Under the pieces are notes generated by a model that was not told where the DNA came from, made no database searches, and worked only from the letters and a program-made list of their open reading frames with translations. From NCBI GenBank assembly GCA_041691135.1, contig JBEPVF010000003.1, positions 80,327-144,326 on the forward strand: a DNA stretch of 64,000 bases, written 5' to 3'. Below, piece by piece: positions 1 through 10,305 of the stretch (positions are counted from its first letter, which is position 1; every line of letters begins with the position of its first letter). The DNA is from Candidatus Peribacteria bacterium (GTDB lineage Bacteria > Patescibacteriota > Gracilibacteria > Peribacterales > Peribacteraceae). Made by a program: the position numbers and the translations under genes.

Positions 1-902
1 ACCGTGCCTTGTACCTTCTTGCCGACGGGGTAACGCTCGGCGATCTCTTCCCACGGATCCTTCGTCAGCTGTTTGATCGACAGGCTCAGTTTCTCGCCGT
101 CGATGCCGATCACCTTCACTTTCACGCGGTCGCCCGGCTCAGCGTACTCGGAGGGGTTCTTCACATGGCCCCAGGCGATTTCGGAGATGTGCACCAATCC
201 TTCCAAGCCGTCGAAGGCGACGAACAGACCGAACTTCACAATACCGCTCACGATGCCTTCCTTCACGTCGCCGGCATGCAATTGCTCCAGCGACTTCGAG
301 CGTTCCTCGCTCATGGCCTCGCGCTCCGATACGACGATCTTGCCGGCATCTTCGTCCATCGTGATGATTTTGACGGTGAAGGTGTGGCCGATGAACTTCT
401 GCAAACGAGTGATGATCTCGCTGGCATCGGCGTTATTGACGCGCGGGTAATTGACCGGAGCCAGTTGAGACACAGGCAGGAAGGTGCGAATGCCGTCGAT
501 GTTGGCGAGCAGTCCGCCTTTGTTGGCTTCCTGCGCCGTGAACTTCATTGTTGCATCCTGCTCCACCAGTTTGTGGAAACGGTCCCACGCTTTCTGCTGG
601 CTGGCCATGCGAAGACTCATCACGATCATGCCTTCCTCGTTCTCTTCTTCGAGTACGAGTGCATTTACCAGATCACCGGTGTGGAGTTCCTTGAACGTGT
701 TAAACGAGTCGCGCAGCTCACGCCCCGAAATAATACCGGTGGCCACGCCATCGATATCCATGAGCAGTTTGTTCTTTCCTTTAAAGACGACAGTCCCTTC
801 GCGCAGTTCGCCGGGGTGGACGCGCAGGACGGCAGGGGATTCTTTGAGCAGTGCATCCATCACGGAAGACTGCGGTTTCTTGTTTTTCGAAGCAGTTGCC
901 AT
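1..902 (-). CDS. rpsA: 30S ribosomal protein S1 (runs off the window start)
   Basis: Manual minus-strand translation from ATG at 902: MATASKNKKPQSS...EANKGGLL...FLPVSQL...GIVKFGLFVAFDGLEGLVHISEIAWGHVKNP...LSLSIKQLTKDPW, typical S1 OB repeats. Absent from the ORF track because no stop lies in the window. Confidence 0.95.
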   Translation of the reverse strand, partial: MATASKNKKPQSSVMDALLKESPAVLRVHPGELREGTVVFKGKNKLLMDIDGVATGIISGRELRDSFNTFKELHTGDLVNALVLEEENEEGMIVMSLRMASQQKAWDRFHKLVEQDATMKFTAQEANKGGLLANIDGIRTFLPVSQLAPVNYPRVNNADASEIITRLQKFIGHTFTVKIITMDEDAGKIVVSEREAMSEERSKSLEQLHAGDVKEGIVSGIVKFGLFVAFDGLEGLVHISEIAWGHVKNPSEYAEPGDRVKVKVIGIDGEKLSLSIKQLTKDPWEEIAERYPVGKKVQGT

Positions 903-1018
903 ACAAAAACAGGGGTGCGAGGGAAGGAGTAAAAAAGAAGGGGGAGCGCTCTCGCACGAGCAGCGCAATTCAAGGAAATTATTCCAGAGAGTGAGAGATA
1001 TGTCAAAAGCGCATATAA

Positions 1019-1140
1019 AGGTTACCGAGGTGGCAGAAGTGACCGATGTGACCGATGAAGGGAATGCAAAAGATTCAGAGGAATACCCTCAAAATCCCTT
1101 CTTCTGCCATCTCTGCCCCCTCGGTCACATCGGTCACCTT
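1019..1140. repeat. 9-bp-periodic degenerate inverted repeat (GTGACCGAN units)
   Basis: Left arm gttaccgag-gtggcagaa-gtgaccgat-gtgaccgat; right arm ttctgccat-ctctgcccc-ctcggtcac-atcggtcac. Near-identical structure at 41740-41866. Confidence 0.85.
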
Positions 1141-1142
1141 CT

Positions 1143-1865
1143 TTAAAGGACGTTTCTTGCAATCTTCATCTGCCCCTCCTCCGCCAGCTTCTGTTCCTGG
1201 CTCGTGGCGGGGTTGTAGATCTGGTAGTACAGCTCGATCAATTCCTGTGTCGTCAGACGATGGCTTTGAAGTCCGATATTTTCGAGTCCGGCCTGTATCA
1301 GGTTCATGCGTTCCTTGAGGATGCGGCTGTTGAAGGCGAAGTCGCGTTCGCGCTGGACGGCTTTGGACATCGAGTCGTCGGGACTGATCCAGCCGAAGAA
1401 CTGTTCGACCAGGGTTTTCTTGTGAGCGGCGGCATCCATGGGGATGACGACGAAGAAACGCTTCTGACGGATATCGGCCACATCGATCAGCTTCTCCACA
1501 AAGTCGGCGTACGAAAGAGTCTGATCTTTCAGGAGTTCATTCGTTTGCGTGCCGCCGATGGTGCGGAGATCGGCGAGGTACGGATCAATGTTCATCTTGG
1601 ACGAACGGATGATGATCTGCAGCGGAAAGCTGATTGTGTTCACGAACGATTCGTAGCCGGCGATGATGCCCTGCTGTTCCGTCTCGCTCTTCAGGCTGAA
1701 GTTGAGCGCCTCCACCTGCAACACGGCACGATGGCCGCCGTTCTTCAGAAGCACAGTGTCGTTGCGGATTTCGGCGATAGGCAGGAAGCGCTGCGTAGAA
1801 CTCAGCGGACTTTTTTTGCGCTGCTTCACCGTATCCTTGGCCTTTGGTTGCGTCGTCTCGTCCAT
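1143..1865 (-). CDS. Patescibacterial T4SS-associated protein (VirB4/TraC N-terminal-like)
   Basis: 240 aa; STQRFLPIAEIRNDTVLLKNGG.RAVLQV..LNFSLKSE.EQ..II..Y..F.N...FPLQIIIRS signature of the CPR protein encoded downstream of PrgI; overlaps the PrgI stop. Confidence 0.75.
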   Translation of the reverse strand: MDETTQPKAKDTVKQRKKSPLSSTQRFLPIAEIRNDTVLLKNGGHRAVLQVEALNFSLKSETEQQGIIAGYESFVNTISFPLQIIIRSSKMNIDPYLADLRTIGGTQTNELLKDQTLSYADFVEKLIDVADIRQKRFFVVIPMDAAAHKKTLVEQFFGWISPDDSMSKAVQRERDFAFNSRILKERMNLIQAGLENIGLQSHRLTTQELIELYYQIYNPATSQEQKLAEEGQMKIARNVL

Positions 1866-2512
1866 TAGTCGTGTTGTGGGAAGATATCTCGAAAGACAGA
1901 CAAGTCGGATAGCTGCATCGAACCCGCCGGCATGTCGGTCTTGATACGCGTCGGATCAACCGGCAGGGAAATGGGCTCAGTGGCATTCACTTCATCATTG
2001 ATCGAAATTTCGGCTGCGGCCGGTTCGGATTCTTTTACTGCCGTCAGCAATGCAGGTGATACCTCCATTGTCGTGACGCCGCGATCGAGTACAGAACTAA
2101 GTTCTTCAATTTTCTTCTGTGTCGTTGCGAGTTCCGGATTCGGTGTCTGATCCGATCCTTGCTTCGAAATAGCGGCGCTCGTGCGGATGTGGATGGCCAG
2201 ACCGCGACGTGGGCCATACATGCGCTGGGCAGGTTTGTTCACACGCTCAAGCATCAAGAAGCAGATACGTGCGATGGAGAGGTCGTTGATCTTTACCAGT
2301 GCGACAATCGCCGATATCAATGCCGGCAACCAGACCAGTACTGTCACCACTATATTCGGCGGACCGCCGTAGGATTTTGCAAGACTGGCGTACAGCGCAT
2401 AACTGAATCCGCCGCCCACGGCGATGATGATGATCTGTCGCAGGGTGAGTGGACCGACAATGCGGTCCTCGATGTACACGTTCTGCGGGATTTTGACAGG
2501 ATCGATGGGCAT
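1865..2512 (-). CDS. PrgI family protein (VirB3-like)
   Basis: KIPQNVYIEDRIVGPLTLRQ motif followed by two TM helices. Start moved from 2686 to ATG at 2512 (MPIDPVK). Confidence 0.8.
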   Translation of the reverse strand: MPIDPVKIPQNVYIEDRIVGPLTLRQIIIIAVGGGFSYALYASLAKSYGGPPNIVVTVLVWLPALISAIVALVKINDLSIARICFLMLERVNKPAQRMYGPRRGLAIHIRTSAAISKQGSDQTPNPELATTQKKIEELSSVLDRGVTTMEVSPALLTAVKESEPAAAEISINDEVNATEPISLPVDPTRIKTDMPAGSMQLSDLSVFRDIFPQHD

Positions 2513-2692
2513 GAGTGTTTGTTGATTGAATCTCTCTATTATAGCCTTTTTTGAGCTTTTTCTCAATAACGAGAAGAAACCGACGGCTGCGAGGGAACCG
2601 ATGAAACCGAGGATGAGAAATTTTGATTCAAATTCACTTTTTAAGCCATTTTTAAATATTTCTAGTATCGGCTGTCTGTCAGTCATTTACTA

Positions 2693-2748
2693 AAAGAAAC
2701 CGATGATCATCGGTTTCTTTGGTTCCATCGGTTGCCTCGGTTCCGTCA
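2693..2748. repeat. Perfect 28-bp palindrome plus 9-bp-periodic repeats; probable clpC terminator region
   Basis: aaagaaaccgatgatcatcggtttcttt (2693-2720) followed by ttggttccat-cggttgcct-cggttccgt. Confidence 0.7.
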
Positions 2749-5352
2749 GGCCGTAGCCATTTCTTCCTCTTTCTGCGGAGCAGCGAGCAGCGGTTTCTTA
2801 TCGCCGGGCAGGAAATCGAAGTGGCCTTTGTCCTTCTTGACGATCTTGATGGTGTCGCCGTCTTGGAAGATGCCACGGAGAATGTGTTCGGCTATTTCGG
2901 ATTCGATCAGATCCTGGATCACGCGGCGGACGGGACGTGCGCCGTACTCGGGGTCGAATCCTTCCTCGGCCAGCAGGTTGATCACCTTCTGATCGTACTC
3001 AAGGTTGTAGCCCTGATCCTGCAAACGCTTCTCGAGTTCATCGATATGGATCTTCACGATCTTGCGGATGTGCTGTTGGTTCAGCGCATTGAAGACGATG
3101 ATGTGGTCGACGCGGTTGAGGAACTCGGGACGGAGATTGTCTTTCAGTTCGCCGATCACTTCCGCGCACTTCTCTTCGTACGCGTGCTCTTCGGCCTGTG
3201 CTTCCTCGTGTAACTTGAAGCCGATCTTGGCGGCCTGCTTGGTCAATTTTTCGGCGCCGATGTTGCTGGTCATCACGATGATCGTATTGGTGAAGTCGAC
3301 CGTCTTGCCCGTGCCGTCCGTCAACTGACCGTCTTCCAGAATTTGGAGCAGGAGATTGAAGAATTCGGGGTGAGCCTTCTCGATTTCGTCGAACAGGATC
3401 ACCGAGTACGGCTTGCGGCGGACCGACTCGGTCAGCTGGCCGCCTTCTTCGTAGCCGACGTAACCGGCGGTGGTGCCGATCAGGCGCGACACGTTGTGGC
3501 GTTCCATGAACTCGGACATGTCGATCTTGATCAGTGCATCTTCGCGGTTGAAGACTTCTTTGGCGATGGTGCGGACGAGTTCGGTCTTGCCGACGCCGGT
3601 GGGTCCGAGGAAGAGAAACGAGCCGATCGGACGGCGTGAGTCGCCGATGCCGACGCGGCTGCGGCGGATGGCGCGGGCCACCTTCTTGATCGCTTCGTCC
3701 TGTCCCACGATGCTCTTGCGCAGTACGACTTCCAGATTAGTCAGGCGCTTGGCTTCCGATTTGAGCAGTTTCGTTACCGGAATGCCGGTCATGCGGCCGA
3801 TCACGTTGGCGATATCATCGTCAGTGATCGACAGGGGAGTGCGGCGATCGCCGTCGGCAGATGACTTCATCTTCTCGATGTCTTCCTTCAATGTCTGTTG
3901 TTCCTGCTTCAGGCGCAGGGCCAGATGGTATTTCTGCTCCTTCACGGCCTGTTGCTGCTTGGCGAGCAGCGTTTCCATCTTTCCTTCCATCTTCTTCAGT
4001 TCCGGTGATCCGCCTGAGTGCTGGAGACTTTTGCCGGCGGCTGCTTCGTCGATCACATCGATCGCTTTGTCCGGCAGATAGCGTTCGGTGATGTAGCGCT
4101 TGCCGAGCGTCACAGCCGCCTCAATCGCCTCGTCGGTGATGGAGAGGTGGTGGAACTGCTCAAAGCTCTCGCGGATGCCATGCAGGATCTTGATGGCATC
4201 TTCCACGCTTGGTTCGTTGACCATGATCGACTGGAACCGGCGCTCGAGAGCACGATCTTTTTCCACCGTGCGGAATTCGTCCACCGTGGTGGCACCGATC
4301 ACGCGCAAAGCACCGCGACTGAGCGCAGGCTTGAGAATATTGGCGGCATCCAGCGATCCTTCGGCTGAGCCGGCACCGACGACGGTGTGAATCTCGTCGA
4401 TGAACAGAATGATTTCGTTGTCGCTCTTAGCTGCTTCTTTAATGATGTCATCGAAGCGTTGCTCAAACTCGCCACGGTACTTGGTACCGGCGACCAGTGA
4501 TCCCATGTTGAGGACGAGTAGTCGCTTGCCGCGCAGGGAATCGGGGACCGTGCCGGCGACGATGCGCTGCGCAAGGCCTTCGACGATGGCCGTCTTGCCG
4601 ACGCCCGGTTCGCCGATGAGCACCGGATTGTTCTTGGTCTTGCGGTTCAGGATGCGGATCAGACGCTCGATCTCTTCGTCGCGGCCGATGATCGGATCGA
4701 TCTTCTTCTCTTTTACTTTGGCGATCAGGTCATCCGTAAAATAATCCAGCACGGGTGTCTTGCTCTTGCTGTCGCCCTTCTTGCGCTTGAGGCCTTCGGG
4801 CTCGGCGGCACCCTGCTGATTCTGCATGTTGCCGACAATCACTCCCTGCAGGCCGCTGAAGAATGCCTCAAGCGATTGCTCGAGGTTGCGGTTCTGCTGT
4901 TTGAACTGACTGATCTGACCGAACATTTCCTCCACGCGCAGGCGGAGGTCTTCGGGATCGACCTGCATATTTTCCAGGATCAAGGTGGCCGCATTCTTTC
5001 CGGTTGATACCAGCGAGTGGAGCAAGTGCTCGGTTCCCACGTTCGCGTGGCGGAACTTATGTGCCGTCACGACGCTCTGTTCAATCACCGTATGCAAATA
5101 AGTCGACAGACCGTGCTTCACATGTTCGCCCTCGATGGCGGTCGTCTTCATCGCCTTCATCAGAATACGGACGTTCTCTTGGGTTACACCGGCTCCCGTG
5201 AATATGGAGAAGCCGAGTGATTTTGGAATGCTGAGTAATCCGAGCAGCAAGTGCTCAGTGCCAATGTACGAACTCTTGAGATTCTTCGCCTCCTGCTCGG
5301 CGATCTGCAGCGCGAGCTTGGCATTGGGTGTGAAACGATCGAACGGGTGCAT
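2746..5352 (-). CDS. clpC: ATP-dependent Clp protease ATP-binding subunit ClpC
   Basis: Clp N repeats ([11 protein letters not shown]), two Walker A motifs ([16 protein letters not shown]), [15 protein letters not shown] and a short UVR-type middle domain. Confidence 0.93.
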   Translation of the reverse strand: MHPFDRFTPNAKLALQIAEQEAKNLKSSYIGTEHLLLGLLSIPKSLGFSIFTGAGVTQENVRILMKAMKTTAIEGEHVKHGLSTYLHTVIEQSVVTAHKFRHANVGTEHLLHSLVSTGKNAATLILENMQVDPEDLRLRVEEMFGQISQFKQQNRNLEQSLEAFFSGLQGVIVGNMQNQQGAAEPEGLKRKKGDSKSKTPVLDYFTDDLIAKVKEKKIDPIIGRDEEIERLIRILNRKTKNNPVLIGEPGVGKTAIVEGLAQRIVAGTVPDSLRGKRLLVLNMGSLVAGTKYRGEFEQRFDDIIKEAAKSDNEIILFIDEIHTVVGAGSAEGSLDAANILKPALSRGALRVIGATTVDEFRTVEKDRALERRFQSIMVNEPSVEDAIKILHGIRESFEQFHHLSITDEAIEAAVTLGKRYITERYLPDKAIDVIDEAAAGKSLQHSGGSPELKKMEGKMETLLAKQQQAVKEQKYHLALRLKQEQQTLKEDIEKMKSSADGDRRTPLSITDDDIANVIGRMTGIPVTKLLKSEAKRLTNLEVVLRKSIVGQDEAIKKVARAIRRSRVGIGDSRRPIGSFLFLGPTGVGKTELVRTIAKEVFNREDALIKIDMSEFMERHNVSRLIGTTAGYVGYEEGGQLTESVRRKPYSVILFDEIEKAHPEFFNLLLQILEDGQLTDGTGKTVDFTNTIIVMTSNIGAEKLTKQAAKIGFKLHEEAQAEEHAYEEKCAEVIGELKDNLRPEFLNRVDHIIVFNALNQQHIRKIVKIHIDELEKRLQDQGYNLEYDQKVINLLAEEGFDPEYGARPVRRVIQDLIESEIAEHILRGIFQDGDTIKIVKKDKGHFDFLPGDKKPLLAAPQKEEEMATA

Positions 5353-5559
5353 GAGAGATAAGGGTAATGAATGACTCCTTATCAGTCTATCAACGTGAGT
5401 GATAACTGTCGAAAGGAATCTTTAGATTTTAACTGATGTATTTTAAAAGTGAAGAGACGCACACCTTCTAATTATGGTTTTATGAATAAATGTTAGGTAA
5501 CAATGACAAGAATACTTTTCATTCTTCTCATAAAAGAAGTGCATCGTTGCTTTCGACCT

Positions 5560-6807
5560 TTACCTCTTCGTCCGCATCTCGCGCAGATCTTCCAGGAAAA
5601 TAGAGATGATGGAGGTCACCGGGACGGATAGCATCACGCCCAAGATCGGATGGATGAGCGTGGGGAAGCTGATGCCGACCATGATAGCGAACAGGATGGC
5701 GATGGGTGACAGGCCGACGGCGCGCTTCATAATCAGCGGAACGAGCAGGTTGTTCTCGCACCACTGGATGACGTAGTAGACGACGGCAACGACCACTCCC
5801 CACAGCAATCCTTTGGCGGTCACGGCGATGAGGACAGAAGGGATGGCGGCGATCAGCGGACCGACAACGGGGATGAATTCGGTGAAGCCGGCGAGTATCG
5901 CGAGAGTGAGCGCGTACGGCATTCCCAGGATCCACAAGGCGATGAACACGAGGATGGCGATGGACAGACATAACAGCAGTTGTCCGCGCGCCCATTGCGC
6001 CAGTTTGTAGTGGATCATCTCGGACTTATCGTCGACGTAGGAGCGGTAATGCATCGACAGGAACCCGCGCAGCCAACTGATAATTTTCTCTTTCTCCAGC
6101 TGCAAAAAGAAGGCGAGTACGAAGACGGTGATGGCCTGGAGTACAAAGTTGACCAGCGAACCGGCGATCTGAGCCGCGAAGATGAGCGAACCCTGGGCGG
6201 CGGTGTTCAGGTTCTGGCCAAACTGGGTCAGGGCATCCGTGATTTTCGTGATGTTCAGATTCTGCAACGTCGATTGGACGAAGACAGTCAATCGCGTGTT
6301 CACGTCGCTCGTCAGGAACGGGAAGTGCACCTCGGGGTTCTTGAGGAATACATTGGTCTGATCGTTGATCAACACCGCAATCTGCTGAATCTGTTCGGCG
6401 ATGATCGGGATCAGCGATACGAGCAGGAAAACGATGAGAAACAGGGCGATGAAGTAATCCAACAGCACTGCAATAATCCTTGGAATGCCCCAGCGCTGCA
6501 TGGTCTGTACGCTGGGATCAATAATGGTGGCGATGAAGATGCCGAGCAGCAGCAGGATGATCTTGTCGGCGAGCATGTATAGCATGATCACACCGATGCC
6601 CACGGCCAGAATGGCGAGTGTGGCTTTGACGATGCTGCCGATAGACAAATGAACCAGAATTTCATCCTGTTTTGCCGGAGGCGGGAGTTTAACGCCCTGC
6701 TTCATCGGATGGCTCTCGTTCATCTGCTTTGCTTTGGCCAGCAACTTTTGCGCTTTCTCGCCGATGATACGCAGCGATGTGAACGATGGTTTGACGGGTT
6801 TTTTCAT
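5560..6807 (-). CDS. AI-2E family transporter (PerM-like)
   Basis: Multi-TM protein with FIPVVGPLIA and QWCENNLLVPLIMKRAVGLSPI motifs. Confidence 0.88.
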   Translation of the reverse strand: MKKPVKPSFTSLRIIGEKAQKLLAKAKQMNESHPMKQGVKLPPPAKQDEILVHLSIGSIVKATLAILAVGIGVIMLYMLADKIILLLLGIFIATIIDPSVQTMQRWGIPRIIAVLLDYFIALFLIVFLLVSLIPIIAEQIQQIAVLINDQTNVFLKNPEVHFPFLTSDVNTRLTVFVQSTLQNLNITKITDALTQFGQNLNTAAQGSLIFAAQIAGSLVNFVLQAITVFVLAFFLQLEKEKIISWLRGFLSMHYRSYVDDKSEMIHYKLAQWARGQLLLCLSIAILVFIALWILGMPYALTLAILAGFTEFIPVVGPLIAAIPSVLIAVTAKGLLWGVVVAVVYYVIQWCENNLLVPLIMKRAVGLSPIAILFAIMVGISFPTLIHPILGVMLSVPVTSIISIFLEDLREMRTKR

Positions 6808-7199
6808 GAGGCGGGAGTAGCGGGAGTGGTGAGAGCGAGAAGAGCGGTATCGATAATGGCGAAGGCAAACACAGAGACGGCCAATCCCAGCAGAGCGTAC
6901 AAGATGCGCATGCGCGGACCAGACGTATCACCCCCCTGCAATCCGCCGAAGGCGATCTGATAGCCCGAATAGATGATCTCGGTCAGGGCGATACCGGCGG
7001 CAAAACCGAACAGGATTTTCATGAGCATTCCAATATAGATCGGCACGCAGTGGAAGCCGAACTCGCCGGTGATGAAGTTGCAGCCCGGGGCAAGCAGGCC
7101 GTTCTCCGGAATTAGATTAGGGTTTTGTGCCATGGCAATGGCTGGAATCATCACCAGGAGCCCGACGGAAAAACGACTGCGCAGCTGCATCGCCTCCAT
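6804..7199 (-). CDS. VirB2/TrbC-like pilin (CPR T4SS pilin)
   Basis: Signal peptide ending AMA-Q, a Cys pair, then TM - IIYSGYQI..GG - RMRILYALLGL - TM, the T4SS pilin pattern. Confidence 0.7.
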   Translation of the reverse strand: MEAMQLRSRFSVGLLVMIPAIAMAQNPNLIPENGLLAPGCNFITGEFGFHCVPIYIGMLMKILFGFAAGIALTEIIYSGYQIAFGGLQGGDTSGPRMRILYALLGLAVSVFAFAIIDTALLALTTPATPAS

Positions 7200-7313
7200 T
7201 CTGGCTAATAGATGCCGAATGGCCTATTGCGTAATTGTTAAATTGTTCAATTGTTAGGTAACATCTGTACAGATCGCTTGCGAATACCTGAACAATTTAG
7301 CAATGTAGCACTG

Positions 7314-8309
7314 ATGACCTCCTTCAACTGGCAAACCACCCGTCGGCCGATCCTCGCACTTGCCCCCATGGCAGGTGTCACTGATGCGTCATACCGCCAG
7401 CTGATCAAGAGTATTGCGCCGACGACCATTGTCTACACCGAATTTCTCAGTACCGATGCCATCGCGTACGGTGCCAAAAAGACCATCAGCATGCTGCATT
7501 TCAATGCGGAGCTCGAGTGCCCCTTTATTGTGCAAGTGTTTGGCAAGGATCCGGATCATTTCCTGGAGGCGGCCAAAGTCATCGAACAGATGGGAGCCGA
7601 TGGCATCGATATCAATATGGGATGCCCGGCGGCGAAAGTGGTGTCGTCGTGCCATGGATCGGCATTGCTCAAGGATCCGAAGTTGGCGGCGGAGCTGGTG
7701 CATGCGACCAAGAAGGCCGTCTCCATTCCGGTGAGCGTGAAGACACGCCTCGGATGGGATGCTAAAGAAGCACTCATCCCGTTCTGCCAGGGACTGATTG
7801 AAGCAGGTGCCGAAGCACTCGCCATTCATGGCCGGCGTTATTGCGATAAATTCGGCGGCAAAGCGGATTGGGATCCGATTTATGCGCTCAAGAACGCGGT
7901 CTCCGTTCCGGTCATCGGCAACGGCGATATTTTTACGGCAGCTGACGCGATCGAGAAGATCAGAAACCTGGACGGTGTGATGGTGGGGCGGGGGACCTTT
8001 GGAAACCCGTGGGTGATGGGGGATATTGAGAAAGCATTTGAAACTTTGGGGACGGATGATCAGAGACCGGTTATCAGTGATCAGATTGCTGCGCCGACGG
8101 TGGCTTCTTTGAAATTCGAAGAGAAAATTCCATTCATTTTGATGCATTGTGAACTGGCCGTGTCGCAGAAGGGCGAGAAGCGGGGCATGCTCGAGATGCG
8201 CAGGCATTTGTCGAGTTATGTCAAAGGATTCGACGGTGCGCGCGAGATGCGCGATAAATTGGTGCGGGTGGAGACTCTGGCAGAAGCAAAAACTATTCTA
8301 GTTGCTTAA
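7314..8309 (+). CDS. dusB: tRNA-dihydrouridine synthase (DusB family)
   Basis: LAPMAGVTD, DINMGCP, VSVKTRLG, HGR, GNGDI and GVMVGRG motifs. Start placed at ATG 7314. Confidence 0.92.
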   Translation: MTSFNWQTTRRPILALAPMAGVTDASYRQLIKSIAPTTIVYTEFLSTDAIAYGAKKTISMLHFNAELECPFIVQVFGKDPDHFLEAAKVIEQMGADGIDINMGCPAAKVVSSCHGSALLKDPKLAAELVHATKKAVSIPVSVKTRLGWDAKEALIPFCQGLIEAGAEALAIHGRRYCDKFGGKADWDPIYALKNAVSVPVIGNGDIFTAADAIEKIRNLDGVMVGRGTFGNPWVMGDIEKAFETLGTDDQRPVISDQIAAPTVASLKFEEKIPFILMHCELAVSQKGEKRGMLEMRRHLSSYVKGFDGAREMRDKLVRVETLAEAKTILVA

Positions 8310-8457
8310 AGAGCGCCGTCTCACAGCGCAATGCGGAGACCTAAGTTATTTCGAAGTTTCTTCCATTTTCATCAGTATGGCGCTATCGCTTTCTGCGCGG
8401 CTTCTACAAGAAAGCATATGCATCGCCGGCGTGTACCGCCCAATAGGTGTTTGTACT

Positions 8458-8486
8458 TAAAAGGGCATCGTGACGATGCCCTTTAT
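8458..8486. terminator. Bidirectional intrinsic terminator between dusB and rplA
   Basis: aaaagggcatcg-tga-cgatgcccttta hairpin with A/T tails, between convergent genes. Confidence 0.8.
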
Positions 8487-8504
8487 TTACGTCTATAAAA
8501 TTGC

Positions 8505-9206
8505 TTAGAATTCCACCTTCAGGGCTGGGCCCATGGTGGGCGAGACGGACACGCTCTTGATGTATTCGCCTTTGATGCCGCTGGGCTTGGCTTCGTTGAT
8601 GGCCTGCATCAGCATCGTCAAGTTCTCTTCCAATTTTTTGCCGCCGAACGAGATCTTACCGAAGATCACGTGGATGATGCCTTGCTTGTCCATACGGACT
8701 TCGATGCGTCCTTTCTTCAGCTCATCGATCGTCTTGGCGATCTTGTCGGTTACTGTGCCGGCTTTGGGCGATGGCATCAGTCCTTTTTGTCCAAGAGTCT
8801 TGGCCACTTTTCCCAGGTCTTTCATCACTTTGGGACTGGCAACCGCGACGTCAAAATCGATCTTGCCTTCCTCGATCTGCTTGATCAGATCTTCGTTGCC
8901 CGCCAGATCCGCGCCTGCTTTTTTGGCGGCATCGATCTGGTCGTCAGGGACGAACGCAGCGATACGGATAGTTTTGCCGGTGCCGTGTGGCAGGGCAACT
9001 GTCGTACGAATAAGCTGATCGGCCTGGGTGGTATCGGCGTTGATGCGGATGTGCACCTCGGCGCTGCCGTCGAACGAACTGACGCTCAGTTTCGTCAATA
9101 ATTCCGTTGCTTCGGCAATCGGATAACTGGGCTTCGTGACGAGCGCCTTGCGCTCAGCGTACTTTTTGCCTTTCTTCCGCGCGAGCGGGCTTGTTTTACC
9201 GGACAT
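8505..9206 (-). CDS. rplA: 50S ribosomal protein L1
   Basis: LPHGTGK, LGQKGLMPSPKAGTVT, KPSGIKGEYIKSVSVSPTMGP. Start at ATG 9206. Confidence 0.96.
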   Translation of the reverse strand: MSGKTSPLARKKGKKYAERKALVTKPSYPIAEATELLTKLSVSSFDGSAEVHIRINADTTQADQLIRTTVALPHGTGKTIRIAAFVPDDQIDAAKKAGADLAGNEDLIKQIEEGKIDFDVAVASPKVMKDLGKVAKTLGQKGLMPSPKAGTVTDKIAKTIDELKKGRIEVRMDKQGIIHVIFGKISFGGKKLEENLTMLMQAINEAKPSGIKGEYIKSVSVSPTMGPALKVEF

Positions 9207-9222
9207 GATGATAAGGGGGAAC

Positions 9223-9306
9223 GTGGTAGAAATCAGCGAAGTGCTGAGTATGGGCGCCCGGATGAGGCTGACAAATGTCACCCTAAACTTGTCGAAGGGC
9301 TCCCAC
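9223..9306 (-). promoter_or_regulatory. Putative L1-binding mRNA leader (GTGGGAG...TACCAC) with an enlarged loop
   Basis: Minus strand reads GTGGGAG-(71 nt)-TACCAC ending 16 nt upstream of the rplA start, matching the closing strands of known L1 autoregulatory sites. Confidence 0.55.
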
Positions 9307-9353
9307 GAACCGGGATGATTGTGCAGATAAAGGAGGACGTGCGCAAGGCCTCC

Positions 9354-10172
9354 CTATGCCTTTTTCTTCTTGGCAGCTGGCTTTTTCTTGGCACTGGAAG
9401 CCTTTTCGTCCGCTTTGGGTGGAGTCAGATTAGAACCCGTCGTAGCCGAGAAAGATTCAGCTGGTTTGGCCGCAGCGACCATAGAGGCCGTGGTCAGGAC
9501 TTTACCGGGGATAATCGGCTTTGATGGTGATGGGACCGGATCGGGTGGTGTTGCCCGGGCGATCATCGCGGCAGCGGGCGTGGGTGCAGGGCGAGGAACA
9601 GGTACTTTTTGCGGACTGAGGCCCAGAGTGTCCAAGCGGGTGCAGTACGACAGGATCAATCCGTAGACCAGAATAATGACCGGCATGATCCACCAGCCGG
9701 GTGTAATGCTGGCAACGCCGAAGAGCATGCTCAACAGTAGCGTGAGACAACCGAAGAGGGTGGCGACGAAGCCGATAATCTTGAACGTGAAGAAGTAGAT
9801 GGCGTAGGGGATGGCGCGAGACGGTTCATCGATAGTGCGAGCCAGGTGTTCATGCATTAAGAAAATCAGACCGCCGACGGCGAACACAATCAGAAGACCC
9901 AAATAGGTATTGGTGGAAAACGCCGCCGCACCGACGACCTGACTGGAGAGGACGGAGAAGAGCGAAGGCAGCGCGCCCATGCTCATCATGATGATGCCCA
10001 GGCCCTGCATCAGAAAACTGTAGATCGCTTTTCCGACCGACAACGATCGTGCGCCCGCTGTCAAAATACTGGGGATAAACAAGAAGGCGAGCAGCTGCAG
10101 CAGAAGGATCGGCAAGATCAAGGCGTAGAGAAGGCCGATCGTTCCAATCGACAAGAAGGGATCACTGATCAT
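9354..10172 (-). CDS. Hypothetical membrane protein (about 5 TM) with a Pro/Ala/Lys-rich tail
   Basis: 272-aa ORF; hydrophobic N-terminal two thirds, low-complexity C-terminus ending KKKPAAKKKKA; lies between rplK and rplA. Confidence 0.75.
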   Translation of the reverse strand: MISDPFLSIGTIGLLYALILPILLLQLLAFLFIPSILTAGARSLSVGKAIYSFLMQGLGIIMMSMGALPSLFSVLSSQVVGAAAFSTNTYLGLLIVFAVGGLIFLMHEHLARTIDEPSRAIPYAIYFFTFKIIGFVATLFGCLTLLLSMLFGVASITPGWWIMPVIILVYGLILSYCTRLDTLGLSPQKVPVPRPAPTPAAAMIARATPPDPVPSPSKPIIPGKVLTTASMVAAAKPAESFSATTGSNLTPPKADEKASSAKKKPAAKKKKA

Positions 10173-10305
10173 TCGTAAAAGCGGAAAGGTCGTTGAAAAG
10201 TCTACTCATGATGATGAAATGGTGCACGATAAATGCGTTGCGCATGTGAAAAGAAGTGATCAGAAGACAGTGGTCAGTGTATCTCTGACTACCTGACTTT
10301 CATGT

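Noticed and set aside
9-932. 307-aa plus-strand ORF (and overlapping 73-450, 484-1146)
   Set aside because: Antisense shadows of rpsA, which reads cleanly on the minus strand.
2513-2686. N-terminal extension of the PrgI ORF
   Set aside because: AT-rich intergenic-looking sequence; family similarity starts at MPIDPVKIPQ.
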